A DNA stretch of 64,000 nucleotides from Octopus vulgaris (taxonomy: Eukaryota). The translations under genes were made by a program, and so were the position numbers. This document shows positions 1-12,125 of this stretch, in pieces. A model generated the notes under the pieces. It had not been told where the DNA came from, made no database searches, and was given only the letters and a program-made list of their open reading frames with translations. The number at the start of each line of letters is the position of its first letter. Within the stretch, counting starts at the first letter, position 1. Location of the stretch: positions 37,510,001 to 37,574,000 of the forward strand of contig OX597819.1 of NCBI GenBank assembly GCA_951406725.2, given 5' to 3'.

Positions 1-447
1 ATCATTTTGTATTCATTTTCTGTGCTGACATGGGTTGGAGAACCATGTCTTGCACATGCAATTTCAATTTTGGCTTGGTTTCTATGTCTAGATGTCCTTC
101 CAAACAGCAACCACTTTATAGAGTGTATTGCATGCATTTTATCATGGCATTAGCACTAGAGAGGTTATCATATCATTAACGAGATTAAAAGGTCCTCTTA
201 ATTGCACACCTCCAATCATTCATCAATTACTTTGCAGGTTATCCTGAGTAGATTTATAGAGGTACCTACACTAGATATACACAAATGCATCACGATTATT
301 AACAACAGATTGACTTTTTACCTTATCAATACCAGGACAGTTGAATACTCCAAAGATTATTAAATATTATTTTGCCATTCAGCTCCTTAGAGTTTTACAC
401 AAACCCAGTTTATCTTATACTATTCTGAATCACTATTATATACGTGT

Positions 448-866
448 ACTTAATTACTTGTGGCGACATTCACCCTGGGCGGGTTGAGTCGGCCTCTTCT
501 ACCACCCTCGAGGCATCTCGAACCATGGCAGCCCACGCACGATGGTCCTGCACCAGTTCACTGGAGATAGCGAGCCAGTCACAGTTCCATCGGCGCAGGC
601 CAACCACCTGCGGACCCGTGAGCACGGAGAGGTCCTCCTTGATCGTCGTAGCCCAGGTCTTCAGCTGCTCACCTGCACGTTTCCACCAGTTGGGAAGTGG
701 AGTTGGAAGAAGGACATCACGGCTCAGTTCACCCACCAGATGCCTACATGCATGGCCAAACCACCGCAAGCACCGTTGCAGAAGGACAGATGGGAGGGGC
801 CGCAGAGACAGGTGAAGTCGGAGATGGCGGTGCCAACTCAATCCACCCGATGGCAGCGAAGAATGC
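448..866 (-). mobile_element. 5'-truncated RTE-clade LINE (3' end), in PAR-bZIP intron
   Basis: GC-rich island. Minus ORF 470..874 has RTE-type C-terminal motifs (LRWFGH, LKTWATTIKEDL, ELVQDHRAW) and a short TAAG-like tail. Flanked by near-identical 10-mers atatacgtgt (438-447) and atatacatgt (867-876), a likely TSD. Confidence 0.85.
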
Positions 867-1314
867 ATATACATGTCTAAAACTATATCTACCTATTTTA
901 ACATAAGGTTAACATAAGTTTCATAATCTATAGCATTAAGCCAATGAGATAAACATTTCTTTCTAGCTGAAAATTTATCGTAGGTAATAATCCAAGTTGA
1001 TCTGTGGGTATTCTCAACAGGTAAGTAAACTGAAGAATATAGTATTAACAATCTTGCATAATAAAACAGCAAATATGAATTCAGGATCTGGTGGTTCAGT
1101 ATCCTACAAGCCTACACAATTTGTCTACCTAGATAAGTTTTATATAGATGATCAATTATTTAGGTATCAAGACTCAGACAAAATTTACAAAGCAATTTCT
1201 TTGTATTTTCTCATTTGATATCTTTCGGTATCGTATCTTCCAGCAATATTTTATGCACTTTCAGCAATGTCATTGATATATGTTAATTATTTAATGACTT
1301 TCTTTAAATTTCAG

Positions 1315-1397
1315 GTAAAAATGGTTTTGACCCTGCCAAGCGAAAATTTTCATCAGATGAACTGAAGCCTCAACCACTTGTCAAAAAATCTAAGAAA
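1315..1397 (+). CDS. HLF: PAR-bZIP transcription factor (HLF/TEF/DBP/Pdp1 family), penultimate coding exon
   Basis: tttcag acceptor and gtaagt donor. The 83 nt (2 nt completing the upstream codon plus 27 codons) read KNGFDPAKRKFSSDELKPQPLVKKSKK, the PAR-domain motif FDP..R.FS..ELKPQP..KK, in phase with the next exon. The symbol is family-level only. Confidence 0.93.
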
Positions 1398-1439
1398 GTA
1401 AGTTAACTCTTTCACATTCACATTTTTGTTGGTTTTCGG

Positions 1440-1640
1440 GTGGTGGTGGTGGTGGACTGGCAGAATCATTGGCAGAGTTGTTGGACAAAATGCCTTACAG
1501 CATTTTCTCTGCCCCTTTACATTCAGGGTTCAAATCTTACTAAGGTTGACTTTGCTTTTTATCCCTTTGAAGTCTCTTAGTACCAGTCAAATAATGAAGT
1601 CAATGATATCAACCAGGCACCTCCACACAAATTTCAAGCC
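1440..1640 (+). mobile_element. Decayed SINE (ggcagaa...ctttgcctttcatcc...agtaccagt family)
   Basis: Shares core blocks with the copies at 26468-26651 and 46655-46850. Confidence 0.6.
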
Positions 1641-1659
1641 TTGCACCTACATTTCTTTC

Positions 1660-1870
1660 TAATTTTGGTTCAAGGCCAGCAATTTTGAGGAGAGAGGAAA
1701 GTTGATTACATGAACATCAGGATGGAACTGGTACTTATTTTATTGATCCTGAAAGGAATAAAGACAAAGTTAACCTCGGTGATGTTTTGAACTTAATATG
1801 TAACAAGCCAAAAGGAATAGCATTTAGCATTTGGTCCAGTGTGGTAGCAGTTCTGCTTGCTCACCACCTT
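1660..1870 (-). mobile_element. Decayed SINE of the same family, inverted relative to 1440-1640
   Basis: caaggccagcaatttt...actggtacttattttattgatcctgaaagga...tttgaact blocks recur near 6400, 8670, 13980, 48520 and 49320. Confidence 0.7.
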
Positions 1871-2224
1871 AGGCTTTGTATCTTTATTAGAAACAATATT
1901 CCTATAGATTTCAGTCAAGTTAGAAACAATCAAGAATTTGAATGAATTTAATAAAATAATTTTTTGCCATTTTAAAGATCTCATCTCCCGCCTCTAACTT
2001 TGTCTCTACTCCTCTTATTACCCAACACTCCCCTCCTCTATCTTCACTTCCAATAGCCTTGTCTTTTCTCATCATATTCTTGCTCTGTTCACCCACCTAG
2101 CTCTTCCTTTGGCCACTTCTGCCATTGTCAATCACTCTACTCCTGACACTACCCCAGCATATCCCTGTCATCTTTTTTGTTCCTTCCACCATGCCTCCCA
2201 TTCTGCTCCTTCTGAAGTCATTGC

Positions 2225-2255
<31 letters not shown>

Positions 2256-2640
2256 CTCCAATGCCCTTCCTCAGTTACCTGCACAAATGTACTCCCTACA
2301 CTTTCATTTACACCCATCTTGCTCCCCCACAAATACCTATTTCTAGCCTTTCTTTAAACCGAGTCAGCTTTATGCCACATGGATAAGGGGCTAAAGTATA
2401 TGTAGGAGCAGGCCAGGTTCTTGTAGAAGAGAAAAAATAGCTTACATTTTACCCACCTTGTTATTCAGCTTTTATTGATTTATAAGTCTCATTGTTAAGT
2501 ATATCATTGAGTTTGATATTTTCTTATGCTTTTGGTGGTTTCAACCAGTTGACTGTAGTCACATTGGGGTACCACCCTTTATGTACAGACAATTTTGTTT
2601 TCCATTTAATTTAAGATTTTCTTTTTATTATTCCTTTCAG

Positions 2641-2910
2641 ATATTTGTACCTCTTGAAAGAAAAGATGAAAAATACTGGGCACGGCGCAAAAAGAACAAT
2701 ATTGCTGCAAAACGGTCTCGTGATGCACGCCGTGTGAAGGAGAATCAAATTGCATTGAGAGCCAACTTTCTGGAAAGTGAGAACCAAAACTTGCGAGAGA
2801 AAATGGCTAAAGTTCTCAAGGATATGACTCAGATCAAGAAAGAGAAAGATACTCTTAAAAGTGACAATGATTTCCTGCGAAAACAACTGAGCAAGTACAG
2901 TTGTCAGTAA
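2641..2910 (+). CDS. HLF: PAR-bZIP transcription factor, last coding exon (basic region and leucine zipper)
   Basis: Polypyrimidine tract with tttcag acceptor ending at 2640. Reads [48 protein letters not shown]...KYSCQ*, the diagnostic PAR-bZIP basic region [24 protein letters not shown]. Confidence 0.96.
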   Translation: MFVPLERKDEKYWARRKKNNIAAKRSRDARRVKENQIALRANFLESENQNLREKMAKVLKDMTQIKKEKDTLKSDNDFLRKQLSKYSCQ

Positions 2911-5900
2911 TAAGACCAAAAAACAAACATGTAATTGTGTAGCATTATAAATTTTATGGATCCTGATGGGCAGGTTTCATTATCCTAATCTGTCAGAAAT
3001 TGTAGAGATTTTGGGGAATTGTTTTTTTTTTTTTTAATTTTCTCTCGGTGAGATTTTCCAAACATTGGTCACATAATTCTACACACATTATATCAATTTC
3101 ATTTCTCACAAACTTTAACATGTAGCTTTTATAAAGTGGCATGAACATATTATGACTAGTGTTATAAAAATGAAAAAAAAAGAAAAGAGAGCATTTCTAC
3201 CTGGCATGTATGGGTTAATCACATTCAGTTTTACAATATTAAATATTTTAAACTTTCTTTAAAAATAACTCATCAAATACTTAAAGAGGAATTCAGAAAG
3301 AATGACAAATGTGGATGCACATAGACATAAGCATACAAAGAAATACATGTACACACACACACACACATGTATATATAATGCTTCAACAGAAATATTGATG
3401 TTTAAGCTGAAATTAAAGTCCATCAATTGCTTGTGAACAGCTACTTGTAGTAAACATTGATTTCTTATGTAGGCAAAAACATGGGTATGGGTGGATGGGT
3501 GTTATAACAAATTGACTTTCATGCCTTTTTCAAGGGGGTTGGCAAACAGTGTGAAAAGGGGAGTATCTACAACTGGAAATTAAAACCAGGTTGCTGATTA
3601 AAAAAAAAATCCATACATAATAATTCTTATTAATATGTTCGTTTCTTGCCATTTTATGTCAATCTCTATTGACTGCCCATTCATTGGGTCAGTGTTTCCA
3701 GCATTGTTGAGACTACCATTTATTGCTTCTGCATAAAAAAAAAATTATCTTTTTTCTCATCAGAAGTTATTAACATTTTATTAAGTATTTCTTCATTTTT
3801 TTTTTCATTCAAATTTTGTTTCTACTCCATTTTATTGAAATCGGTATTTTTATATTTTATTTTTCTCAATGCATGACTTAGAACTAATTCATCGGAGTTC
3901 ACTCCATGTACTTGGATTACATATTAAATGCTGCTGGAAGTATTTGAAAAAAACAATTTTTTACTCCTGTTGACCTTATAGATTATACTAATAAATTAAT
4001 TTAGAATGTTTTACTCAGCTATCAATTTAGTTTCTAGTACAAAGTGCTCTTTTAAATGTTTGCCTTTTCACAATGTAATTCTTTCATATAATAAGGTAGC
4101 AGGTTAGTGGCAGAGTACGATGTGATAGACTGCTATTTGTTAGCTTACATTGTCTACAATTCTGCTTTATTAGCCATGATTAATAATGATGCAGCAGAGA
4201 AGAACTCCAGTTTTCATTTACTTCTCTTAAGAACTGCCAGTGCATGCAGTAGTCTCTTTTATTTGTTAAGAAATGATTTGTAGTTGTCTTTTGTTAGATT
4301 CTAATACTAGAGCAGTACTTTTCAACCTTTTAAGAATGGCAACACAATGTTATTTCACTAAAAATGAAATCCCACACACACACTATATATAAATATATAG
4401 TTAAATATTCTATAGCCATTAAGTATAAAAATATTTGGGCTTGCATGTCAGCGTGAACATGTACAATCAAAATATTTTAATTGGAATCTTCAGATCTGAG
4501 AAATGAGACAAAATGTTCTAGCATCAGCTGATTTCACAAGGATAGACTGCTTGGAAAGCACTGTTCTAGACTTTGGATGACAATGAGCCAACCAGAATCA
4601 GATTAGTTCTTGAAATTATTATTTAAAAATTATTATTAAAAATTTTTTTCATCAAATGCTTCTCTCAATGCTGTCAGGTGTCGACATTATTCTCAGGTAT
4701 TTCCTTATTGTAAACAATGGAAAATCCACTGAAAAAAATGAATATATATATATATAGATATATACTTTTAAATTTCATGGCATCAACCATTAGTTTGAAG
4801 AAATACTTACTCATTTACTAACTAGTTCTCCTCATTCTTAGGCTTTGGCATGTTCTCCCCATCTTACCTCCATAACTCATTTCACTACTATCTCTGTACC
4901 CAACAGCCACGACATGTATTATGTGCACAATGTGAAAACATGAAAAAAAAACCAACACGTGTTTCTATATCAAATATCCCACATCTTGTGCGTAATATAT
5001 TTACTAACTTATCTTACAGATATATAGAAATTCATCTTAAAATACCTGTACACTAACAAAACATCTTTACATATTTCCTTTAAATATATATATATATATA
5101 TGTATGTATTTATGTATGTATATATCATATTGTATATCTATATATCATATATATGATAAATTCATTAGTCTCATTTGCATTTAAAATCTATAAAATATTT
5201 GACACTTTTTTTCCCCTAATTTGATTTCTGCATGAAGTTTTGGTATTTTAATTCTTATCTTTTCCTCTGTCTTTTGTAGTTTTGACATATTTAATATATA
5301 GACTGGAGAAGTCTTTCATAGCTCTGTGATTTTACTCAACTGCCATTTTTCTTGTAGAGACTCTTAATCACAAATGAACTTCTGGATAATTTTTTTTTTC
5401 TCTTGTTAGTTCAAATGTTTTGATGCTTTTATACTTCAGCCATTGTAAATAAAATTGTTTTAAATTGCTAAAAATTTGTTTTAATACTTCTGCTAATGAT
5501 AATCCCTAACTTTGGTTCAAGGCCGGAAATTTGGACAGCGGGAAAAATATAGTAAATTGCTTATTGAGTTATTTTATCTTTTCTCTTTTTGATAACTTAA
5601 ATATATATTTATTGTTTATGTCATAAGAATTTGGAATTTTTGAGAGATGTGAAGTAAATTGCTTTTAACCTTAAACACACTGCATTTTCTCTAGAATTGT
5701 TTTCTCTGCCACTGCCCTGTATGGTGACATGATGCGCCTACAGTGTGCTAAAGGTTAACTGTGAAATTCAAAGTAGATTAAGCTATAGATAACAGCATGT
5801 AAATATTAGGGTTAAAAAGAATCCTCTTGGATGGAAAAAGTAGAAGGCTGCTCATGGGACTCAAACCCACATTTTCTGCAAACATGACAGATGTCCATTG

Positions 5901-6360
5901 TATCAAAGCAACCCTTTGGATTTCTCTATCCATTTTAAAAGCTTTATTCTAATAAGAATAAAGCAAGAATTGTATATTGTTTGCATTGTAAGAATTTGTT
6001 ATTTATTTTTATATAAATTGATAGTCCCGTGTATATTTTAACTTGCATATTGCATCTGTAACTAATGAACAATTTAAAAGCTTGAACAGAAAATAAAAAC
6101 AATGAACAGTAAAGTGAATTTTAATTTGAAAATACACAGTGACTTGCAGAAACAGTGAAATGTCAACCAAAAGGCTTTGGGGTATGTGATATGGTTCTTT
6201 ATGTTGTATGTTGCTGGTGTCAGTTTGGCTCTTTGTCCTTCTGGAAATCCAATTCTGTATTACTGGTATTTGTTTTTTCAACATTGAAAAGAAGAAATAA
6301 ACAATTGACCTTGATAGGATAAAAACTTGCAGCATAACTAAGTAATTGTTTCTAATAAAA
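2911..6360 (+). other. Probable long 3' UTR of the PAR-bZIP gene
   Basis: U-rich, nearly SINE-free sequence after the stop, with several AATAAA hexamers (about 5448, 5958, 6092, 6296, 6353). The true end is unknown. Confidence 0.5.
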
Positions 6361-6814
6361 GCACAAGGACTGAAATTTGTTGTTGATTGAATTGACATCA
6401 CTACTTGACTGGTATTTCATTTTATTGACCCTTGACAGATGAAATGCAAAATTAATCTAAGCAAGATTTGAACTCAATATAAATAGCGAAAACAAATACC
6501 ACAAGACATTTTGTCCGATGCTCTACTGATTTTGCAAGCTACTGTATTTTAAAATTAAAACTCTAACTTAAGCAATATTTTCCATTCAAATTTATTGTAA
6601 CTTAACTGTTGCTCTATTCTATGGAACTGGCAATGTGTAACTCCAAATAATATTGGGACAATTTATTTTTATTGTAAAAATTGTTTGGAGATCATTGTTT
6701 AAACTTTTCACAATGATTTAATTTTGAATTTGCATGTAAATTAAAAATATCAATGAAATGAGAAAAAAAGGCATCGATGGGACAATGCATACCCTCTTTT
6801 TCTTTCTTTCTTTT

Positions 6815-7200
6815 TTTTACTTGTTTCAGTCATTTTGACTGCGGCGATGCTGGAGCACCGCCTTTAATCGAGCAACTCGACCCCGGGACTTATTCTTTGT
6901 ACGACCAGTACTTATTCTATCGGTCTCTTTTGCTGAACCACTAAGTGACGGGGACATAAACACACCAGCATCTGTTGTCAAGCAATGCTAGGGGGACAAA
7001 CACAGATGCACAAACATACATATATATATATACATATATACGACAGGCTTCTTTCAGTTTCCGTCTACCAAATCCACTCACAAGGCTTTGGTCGGCCCGA
7101 GGCTATAGTAGAAGACACTTGCCCAAGGTGCCACGCAGTGTGACTGAACCCGGAACCATGTGGTTGGTAAACAAGCTACTTACCACACAGCCACTCCTGT
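6815..7200 (-). mobile_element. Full-length tRNA-derived SINE
   Basis: Reverse complement of the 47071-47436 copy. A-box tggctgtgtgg, B-box-like ggttcagtc, ccttgggcaagt core, internal (TA)/(TG) tract, tail gactgaaacaagtaaaa. Confidence 0.9.
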
Positions 7201-7399
7201 GCACAGATAAATTTTTTCACAAATTATAGTGTGGCTTACAATGCATTGCTTACCCATGCTTTTTAATTGAACTGAATTAAGCTTTGTAAGTGTTTGACTA
7301 AACTTGGTTATCAGGAAATTTGTAAGTTAGATTTATTATTTTTTTGTAAGTATCACCATTATAAATATTTAATCTCCGGTGAAATTAAGAAATCAACTC

Positions 7400-7632
7400 A
7401 TAAATAAACGAAACCCTTGAATCCATCACTGTACACATGCACACAGTTGCATGTATGTTTAAAGAGAATCAAATCAAATTTTCATCATTTGGAGCCACTC
7501 ACCCAATGAGTATTTCTGCCAAATTTGGTGAAAATCCATTCAGCTGTTTTCCTGTAATTTTGCAAACACACAGACAAATATCAAAGACGAGTGATTACAA
7601 TACCGTTTTCGCTTACACACTCAGGGTACTAA
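7400..7632 (+). mobile_element. Possible Helentron-associated non-autonomous element (HINE/DINE-like) fragment
   Basis: ccaaatttggtgaaaatcc core, then an acacacagacaaa microsatellite-like stretch and a short terminal inverted segment. Architecture-based inference. Confidence 0.4.
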
Positions 7633-8384
7633 TTTTGTTTCTGGCTTGTGGACTTCCTTACTTAATTTCACACCACCACATAGACTATGGATACTTCTAG
7701 CAAAGTCCACTTTCTTGCAAGCAGTCAAGCCAGTTCTCCAGTTTTAGTTAACTTCTTCCCTTCCTGCTACCAATCTTGGAGGCCCTGAAATGCTCCATAA
7801 GAACTGGGTTTCTATTGCTAAGGCATATTAAATATGAACAAAATTTCCATTTTGCAAAGATAAGTTTCTCTTGTTTACTGAATAGTCTTTCTCTCTTATT
7901 TAACATTAAAGTTGTTTAAACAAAATTTGCTTAGTTTCCAAAATTCCTTGGTTTTTATTGAAGTACTAAACCTATATTCTCATTACCCATCAAAATAATA
8001 GAAATCTTTCATGGTTTGCCTACAAATTCCTACAATTGGACTGTCACATTAAGACATAATAGTCTAGGAGAGACCAGATTTTTACCAGAGTTAGGTACAT
8101 GTTAGTATCAAGGATCAGTGTTACCTTTTTGAGAATGTTCCCACAATTTCTGAAACCCTGGAAATATCCTCAACAAGGAAGTGATACCGATATCTTCTTG
8201 GCAATAATGTACTGCTATGTATGGTGGCATCTTAGGCAAGTGTTTTTTACCATCACCTCAAGCCAAAACAAGTCTTGTGAATGAAATTGCATATCTGGAA
8301 ACTGTGCTGAAGCTCATCAAATTGCATTTGTAATTCAACAATACAACCTTGTCACACTGATTTTACCTGAAGATTACATTATTC

Positions 8385-8637
8385 ATCTTTTATCTTTTAC
8401 TTGTTTTAATCATTAGACTGTGACCATGCTGGAGCACCACCTTGAATTTTTAGTCGAATTAATCAACCTCAGTACTAATTTTTTTTTTTTTTTGTTTAAA
8501 TCTGGTAGTCGATCTATTGATCTCTTTTGCCAAACAGGGATGTAAACACACCAATACCAGTTCTCAAGCGGTGAAGAGCGACAAAGACACACACACACAT
8601 ATATATATATATATACAACAGGCTTCTTTCAGTTTCA
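8385..8637 (-). mobile_element. SINE fragment (3' half of the 6815-7200 family)
   Basis: atgctggagcacc...acaccaataccag...acaggcttctttcagtttc blocks match 6815-7060. Confidence 0.8.
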
Positions 8638-8799
8638 GGAGGTATTACTGCCCTGGGTCAAATTTTGGTACTAGGCCAGCAATTTCAGGGAGTGAGTGAG
8701 TCAATCATACCGACTCCAGTAGTCCACTGGTACTTATCTTATCAACCCCGAAAAGATGAAAGGCAAGTTTGACCTCAGCAGAATTTGAACTCAGGCAAT

Positions 8800-9372
8800 G
8801 ACAGGAGACTGAAACCTTTGGAGATATGTTGTGATTGAGAAGACCTAGCAACTAAAGTGAGATCGCAGCCATGGTCGATGCCAATGTTGCATGTCCAGCC
8901 CAGTCAAGAGTACCCCTGATGCATCAGGCAATATGATATGCTTGAGAAGACCTGTTGAGTCAAGTAAAACCAAAATCATAGCTGTGGCCAGTGCCCCCCG
9001 ACTGGCTCTCGTGCTGGTGGCACATATGCCAGGACCGCCTGACTGGCCCCCATGCTGGTGGCACATTAAAAGCACCATCTGAATGTGGCGAATGCCAGTA
9101 CCAGCTGACTGGCTCTCATACCGGTGGCATGTAAGAAGGACCATCTGAACGTGGCTGATGGCAGTACCCACTGATTGGCTCCCATGCTGGTGGCATGAAA
9201 AAAGCAGTATCCGAACGTGGCCAATGCCAGTACCCCCTGACTGGCTCCTGTGCTGGTGGCATGTAAAAAGCACCCACTACACTTGAAGTGGTTGGCATTA
9301 GGAAGGACATCCAGTTGTAGAAACATTGCCAGATCAGATTGAGCCTGGTGTAGCCTCTGGGTTCTCTGTAAA
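8800..9372 (+). mobile_element. SINE-like element with an internal ~66-bp tandem array and RTE-like 3' region
   Basis: Five units of gccagtaccccctgactggctcccgtgctggtggca, then ttggcattaggaaggacatccagttgtagaaac, shared with 14755-15266. Confidence 0.8.
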
Positions 9373-9374
9373 AA

Positions 9375-9861
9375 TGTCAAGCCCCAAAAGCAATGGGTTG
9401 GGAAAGGAGAAATACCAGGATCTCAGGCTAAAGAAGGTCTTCATTCACATAAGATGTTATCTGTTTGGTAGGATATGAAAGGCTTAGTCTTTGGTTTCAA
9501 GATGAAAGGTGTTCGTCCATCAGGATAATGCTCGGCCACATACATCAAGGATGACATTCCAAAGGCTGGAGCAGTGTGAATGGGAAACGATACCCCACCC
9601 ACCATATTCACTGGACATTGCCCCATCTGATTATCATTTATTCCACAGTCTTCAAAATCATTTAGGCAGAAAAAATATGAATTCTGTAGATGAGGTCAGA
9701 ACAATATTGGAGGAGTATTTTTCGTCACAGACAAGTGGATGGAAGAGCATTGTAGAAAATGAAAGAGAGTATATTTTAGATTGAAAAAGAGCTTTATCTT
9801 AATTTTGAAAAATAATAGAAGTATAAAAAATCCCACATTATTTATGGGATGACCCACTATA
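9375..9861 (+). mobile_element. Mariner transposon fossil (internally deleted, right end present)
   Basis: ORF 9509..9784 contains HQDNARPH and HPPYSLDIAPSDYHLF. The right end cattatttatgggatgacccacta-ta resembles a mariner TIR followed by TA. Confidence 0.88.
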
Positions 9862-10139
9862 CATATACATGTGTATGGATGTGTGTGTGTATATATATAT
9901 TTTACATGCAGTTAAATATATGTCTGATCATAGAGTAACCAATGATAGATAGATAGATCAAATAAGTAACAGGATGCTAGGTATTAATGTAATACAACTG
10001 TTTCAGGCAGCTCCATTTAATCGAACAATGCAAGCATTGCATCAATTTAAATATAATGCCATCTTCAGTTGCAAAATTATGGATTTTCAACAGACAAGAT
10101 ATATCTAGTCTGCTACTAAATTTTATCAGCTTGTTTCCC

Positions 10140-10480
10140 AACTGCATGGTACCTTGGGCGAGTCTCTTCTACTTTAGCCCCACGTAGACCAAAGCTTTTG
10201 AGTGGATTTGGTAGACAGAAACTGAAAAATATCTCATTATATATGTATAGTTATGTGTTTGCGTGTGTTTGGGTCTGTCCTCCTCCACTGCTTGATAACC
10301 AGTGTTGTTTTGTTTACATCCCTGTAACTTAGCAGTTCAGCAAAAGTGAAGGAGTAAGTACCAGGCTGAAAAAAAAGATGATAAATAAAACTAAGTACTG
10401 GAGTCAAATTGTCAGACGAAAACCCTTTCAGGTGATGCTCCAGTATAGCCACAGTCCAATAAGTGAAACATATAAAAAGA
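10140..10480 (+). mobile_element. Headless tRNA-SINE copy
   Basis: ccttgggcgagt core, gagtggatttggtagacagaaactg and gatgctccagtatagccacagt blocks. Confidence 0.8.
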
Positions 10481-10561
10481 TAATAAAGTACATCTGCCAA
10501 TATTTCAAATGTAAGATAAATTGTCTCCCTTTGATTTCTTATAATGCACTGATTTTTCAAC

Positions 10562-11520
10562 TATTAGGTCGTCAAATATGAAATTTGTAGTCAGGTATAT
10601 GGTAAACTTTGACAGATGCTCATTTTGCACCATTTTGTTAGAAAGCTGACACATCTATTTCTTTATTCTAACTCATTTTGCACTTTATAAATCGTTTTTT
10701 GTTATTTTTGTTTAAAGATGGACAAATCGAAATTTCTTGGAAATACAGCATCACAGACAGCTCGGAATATTAATGGAGTATTTCATTCCAATGTATTACA
10801 CAGCAGACATTATCAAATTGGTTTGCAAAATTTCGTTCTGGTAACTTTGACCTCACAAATGAACAATGCAGTCGACCAGAAACAAAGGTGGATAATGACG
10901 AACTGAAAGCCACCGTCGAGTCAGATCCATTTCAAAGTGCCCATGAATTATTGTTGTTGTCTGGTGTTGTTCAAATTGATAAAGTGAAAAAGTTGGATAA
11001 GTGGGTTCCACATGAACTCAATGAAAATTAGAAACAGCAACGTTTGGAAGTCTGCATTATGCTTTCTTGTCCAAAAATGAATCAGTTTTGAATCAAATTG
11101 TAACAGGTGATGAGAAATGGATCCAATACAACAACCGTAAACGTTCGGCACAATGGTTGGACAAAGACGAGCAACCAAAACATAATCCAAAAAGCAAAAG
11201 TCATCAAGAGAAGCTGATGGTGTGTGTTTGGTGGTCTGGCACAGGTGTGACCCATTATGATTTCATTAAACTTGACTCGTCAGTCATGGCCAAAGTATAC
11301 TGCAGCCAACTGGAGCAAATGATGCAGAAACTTACAAAAAACAGCCTGGATTAGTCAACAGATCCACTCCTATTTTATTGCAAGACAACGCTAGACCACA
11401 CATGGCAAAAATGACATTGGTGAGACTACAAAAGTCAGAGCTGGAAGTTCTCCATCATCCACCATACTCACCTGATCTTGCCCCCATTGACTACCACTTC
11501 TTCCAGAATTTGGATAACTT
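10562..11520 (+). pseudogene. Mariner (DD34D) transposase pseudogene with left TIR, right end lost
   Basis: Starts ta-ttaggtcg. Broken frames give MDKSK..TASQTARNIN, KWVPHEL, IVTGDEKWIQYNN, VCVWWS, QDNARPH and HPPYSPDLAPIDYHFF, with stops and frameshifts. Confidence 0.92.
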
Positions 11521-11713
11521 TTTTCAATTCACTCAACTAAACTTAGAAATCAGTTTCATTTTGCTGCATATCTGATTTGGAGATTGATGAAGGCTCTTAG
11601 AGTCAGTGATTCAAAAGTTTATGGAACTTAGGGAAGCATAGTAAGGAGAACAGTAATACATAACAAAAGACTTTAATTATTTAACCCTTTAGCATTCAGA
11701 TTAATGTCAAATG

Positions 11714-12125
11714 GGATCTTTTTGGTTTGAATGACAGTTTTTAACATAATTTCTAGGTAACTAAAAAATTTTAAACTTTGTATACTGGTAGAATGTGTTT
11801 ATAAAACATCTTTTTCTCTTGGCTTTATTGAGAAAATTCTATAGCTTGTAAGATATTTGTTGTTTTTTTTTCTTCAATTTCTGCAATTTCAACCAATCAA
11901 TTACATCTATTCAGGTAAAAAGCATTCTGTGCCGTATGAATATGTCCCTCGTTTAAGAAACAAATTGGGTTTATTTACATTTGTGAAGAAAAAAAGATAC
12001 CCCCCCCCCCAACCCTAACTATAAAACAGATAGAAGTGCAATAGATCAATACTAGGGTCATAATTATGGGTGACAATTTCATATGACACTGCTAGAAAAA
12101 ACTGCCGTTCAAACCGAAAAGATCC
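11714..12125. mobile_element. MITE with GGATCTTTTCGGTTTGAACGGCAG-type TIRs and 8-bp TSD (copy 1)
   Basis: TIRs at both ends. Perfect TSD gtcaaatg at 11706-11713 and 12126-12133. Confidence 0.92.

Noticed and set aside
444-906. Plus-strand ORFs at 444, 542 and 697 as PAR-bZIP exons
   Set aside because: They are antisense shadows of the GC-rich RTE fragment.
2611-2919. 102-aa antisense ORF over the bZIP exon
   Set aside because: A shadow frame of the real coding exon, with no motif.
8987-9275. CRISPR-like repeat-spacer array
   Set aside because: The linkers are homologous to each other, the context is eukaryotic and there are no cas genes. It is a tandem array inside a SINE.
12001-12020. Telomere-like aaccctaac and ttagggttaggg patches (also near 13227)
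   Set aside because: Only one or two units, internal to the MITE, so not an interstitial telomere.
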